Part shown: piece by piece, positions 62,871 through 64,000 of the stretch
Layout: each line of letters starts with the position of its first letter
Position numbering within the stretch: the first letter of the stretch is position 1
Source: Zootoca vivipara
Taxonomy: Eukaryota
DNA length: 64,000 bases
NCBI RefSeq assembly: GCF_963506605.1
Contig: NC_083280.1
Coordinates: 69,192,001-69,256,000 of the forward strand
Direction of reading: 5' to 3'
The notes under the pieces: model-generated
Seen by the model: the letters and a program-made list of their open reading frames with translations, nothing else
Database searches by the model: none
What the model was told of the DNA's origin: nothing
Made by a program: the position numbers and the translations under genes

Positions 62871-64000
62871 TGCTGACTCGCCAGCTACTGCTTTGCACTA
62901 GACCCTGCTGCTGTTGGGGAAATCTGGTAAGCTGAGCTCACCATCTGCCTTGGCTAGTAAAAGGAAGTGCATTGCTGCTGAAAAGTTCAGAAGCCATCTA
63001 AATGCTTCCAAGTGGTCAGTTTAATTCTCTTTGTAAATTGTCACCTGTGTAAATAAACCCTTGAGAAGAACCTCTAGCATGTGTGTTTTTTTTAAGTCAC
63101 CCCTTAATATTTGGGTACAGGTAGTCTTGCTTTTTGCATTTCTCTTGGCCTGTTGCTGGACTTTGATGCAAGGCCACGTGACCTCATGCTCTTCATCCTA
63201 GTATGTGTGTGTTGGGGGTCAGTTGGAGAGATAGTCACTCCACAGATGATCACTCAAAATTCCTCTTCCAGGAGTACAAACTCCTGTAAATTTTGCCGTG
63301 GGCAGATCTCTTGCATTAGAGATAAAAGGCAGCATTTTAAAAAAAGAAAGAAAATCTAATGTATTTTGATTTTGTTTAAAAGACTGTGAAATTATACTCA
63401 GTTCCCTAGAAGAAGAAAAATGCCCAAAACTTATTAGAGACAATGTTAGGGAATATTTTCAGGCAAGCATATCCATCTTGCCAGCAGCCTGTTTTAGTCT
63501 GGCCTCCTGTTGCTTTAGGGGAAGAGCAGATCCTTTCTCGTTCCAGATGAATAATGGGACTTGAAAGTCATTTCTTGTTAGCACAAGCGGGTGTTTTTAG
63601 GGTTGGTTGCCATCAGGAAGGGTGAACTCCCCCCCCCAAAAAAATGTTCCTCTTGCCATCAACCATATTAAGTGAATGTGAGCTAATGGGCACACGCCTC
63701 TTCTGCTTGGAACCTATATTGGAGTTCGCTTGCAGAGCGAAGAGCTTTTCTTGAAGATGGCTTGTCTGCCTCAGTTGGCAGCCCAGAGGTCCCAAGCTGA
63801 TAAATGCTGCCGGACATCTTTTGGGCATAGGATGATAAATGTGTGGGGAGGAAATGGCAGAAGAAGGTGCCGAGAGCGTTATGCTGGGTCTGAGGAGAGA
63901 CTGTTGAAGTCAGTGACACTTTCTCTGTTTCAAAACACATATACTATTATTCACTCTTCAAAGTACTTCAGTGCAGTAAGTGACATTGTAGTTGCTTAAT

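Noticed and set aside
63900-63930. gacactttctct (DTFS), resembling part of DNAJB12 exon 7
   Set aside because: The surrounding translation does not match and there is no acceptor site, so exon 7 is outside the window.

Overview
Vertebrate genomic DNA, most likely from a lacertid lizard (inferred from Sauria SINEs, BovB, L2, CR1 and Penelope repeats). The + strand carries the last two coding exons of MICU1 (9572-9661, 15851-16011). About 28 kb of repeat-rich intergenic DNA follows, including a 134-N assembly gap. Then comes the CpG-island promoter and coding exons 1-6 of DNAJB12 (44157-60640); the gene continues past the window. This MICU1-DNAJB12 order matches the known amniote arrangement. 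There are no prokaryotic systems or CRISPR arrays, and almost all listed ORFs are spurious. Three non-obvious signals stand out. (i) Two Penelope-type LTR remnants each fold into a minimal type-I hammerhead ribozyme, one inside a 79-bp-arm palindrome. (ii) A 136-bp hAT-type MITE family has at least five full copies, mostly with clear TSDs, each carrying inverted ACTACAnnTCCCA-type (ZNF143/THAP11) motifs, the same motif found in the DNAJB12 CpG island. (iii) L2 LINE tails are seeding different microsatellites. All calls were made by eye without database searches.
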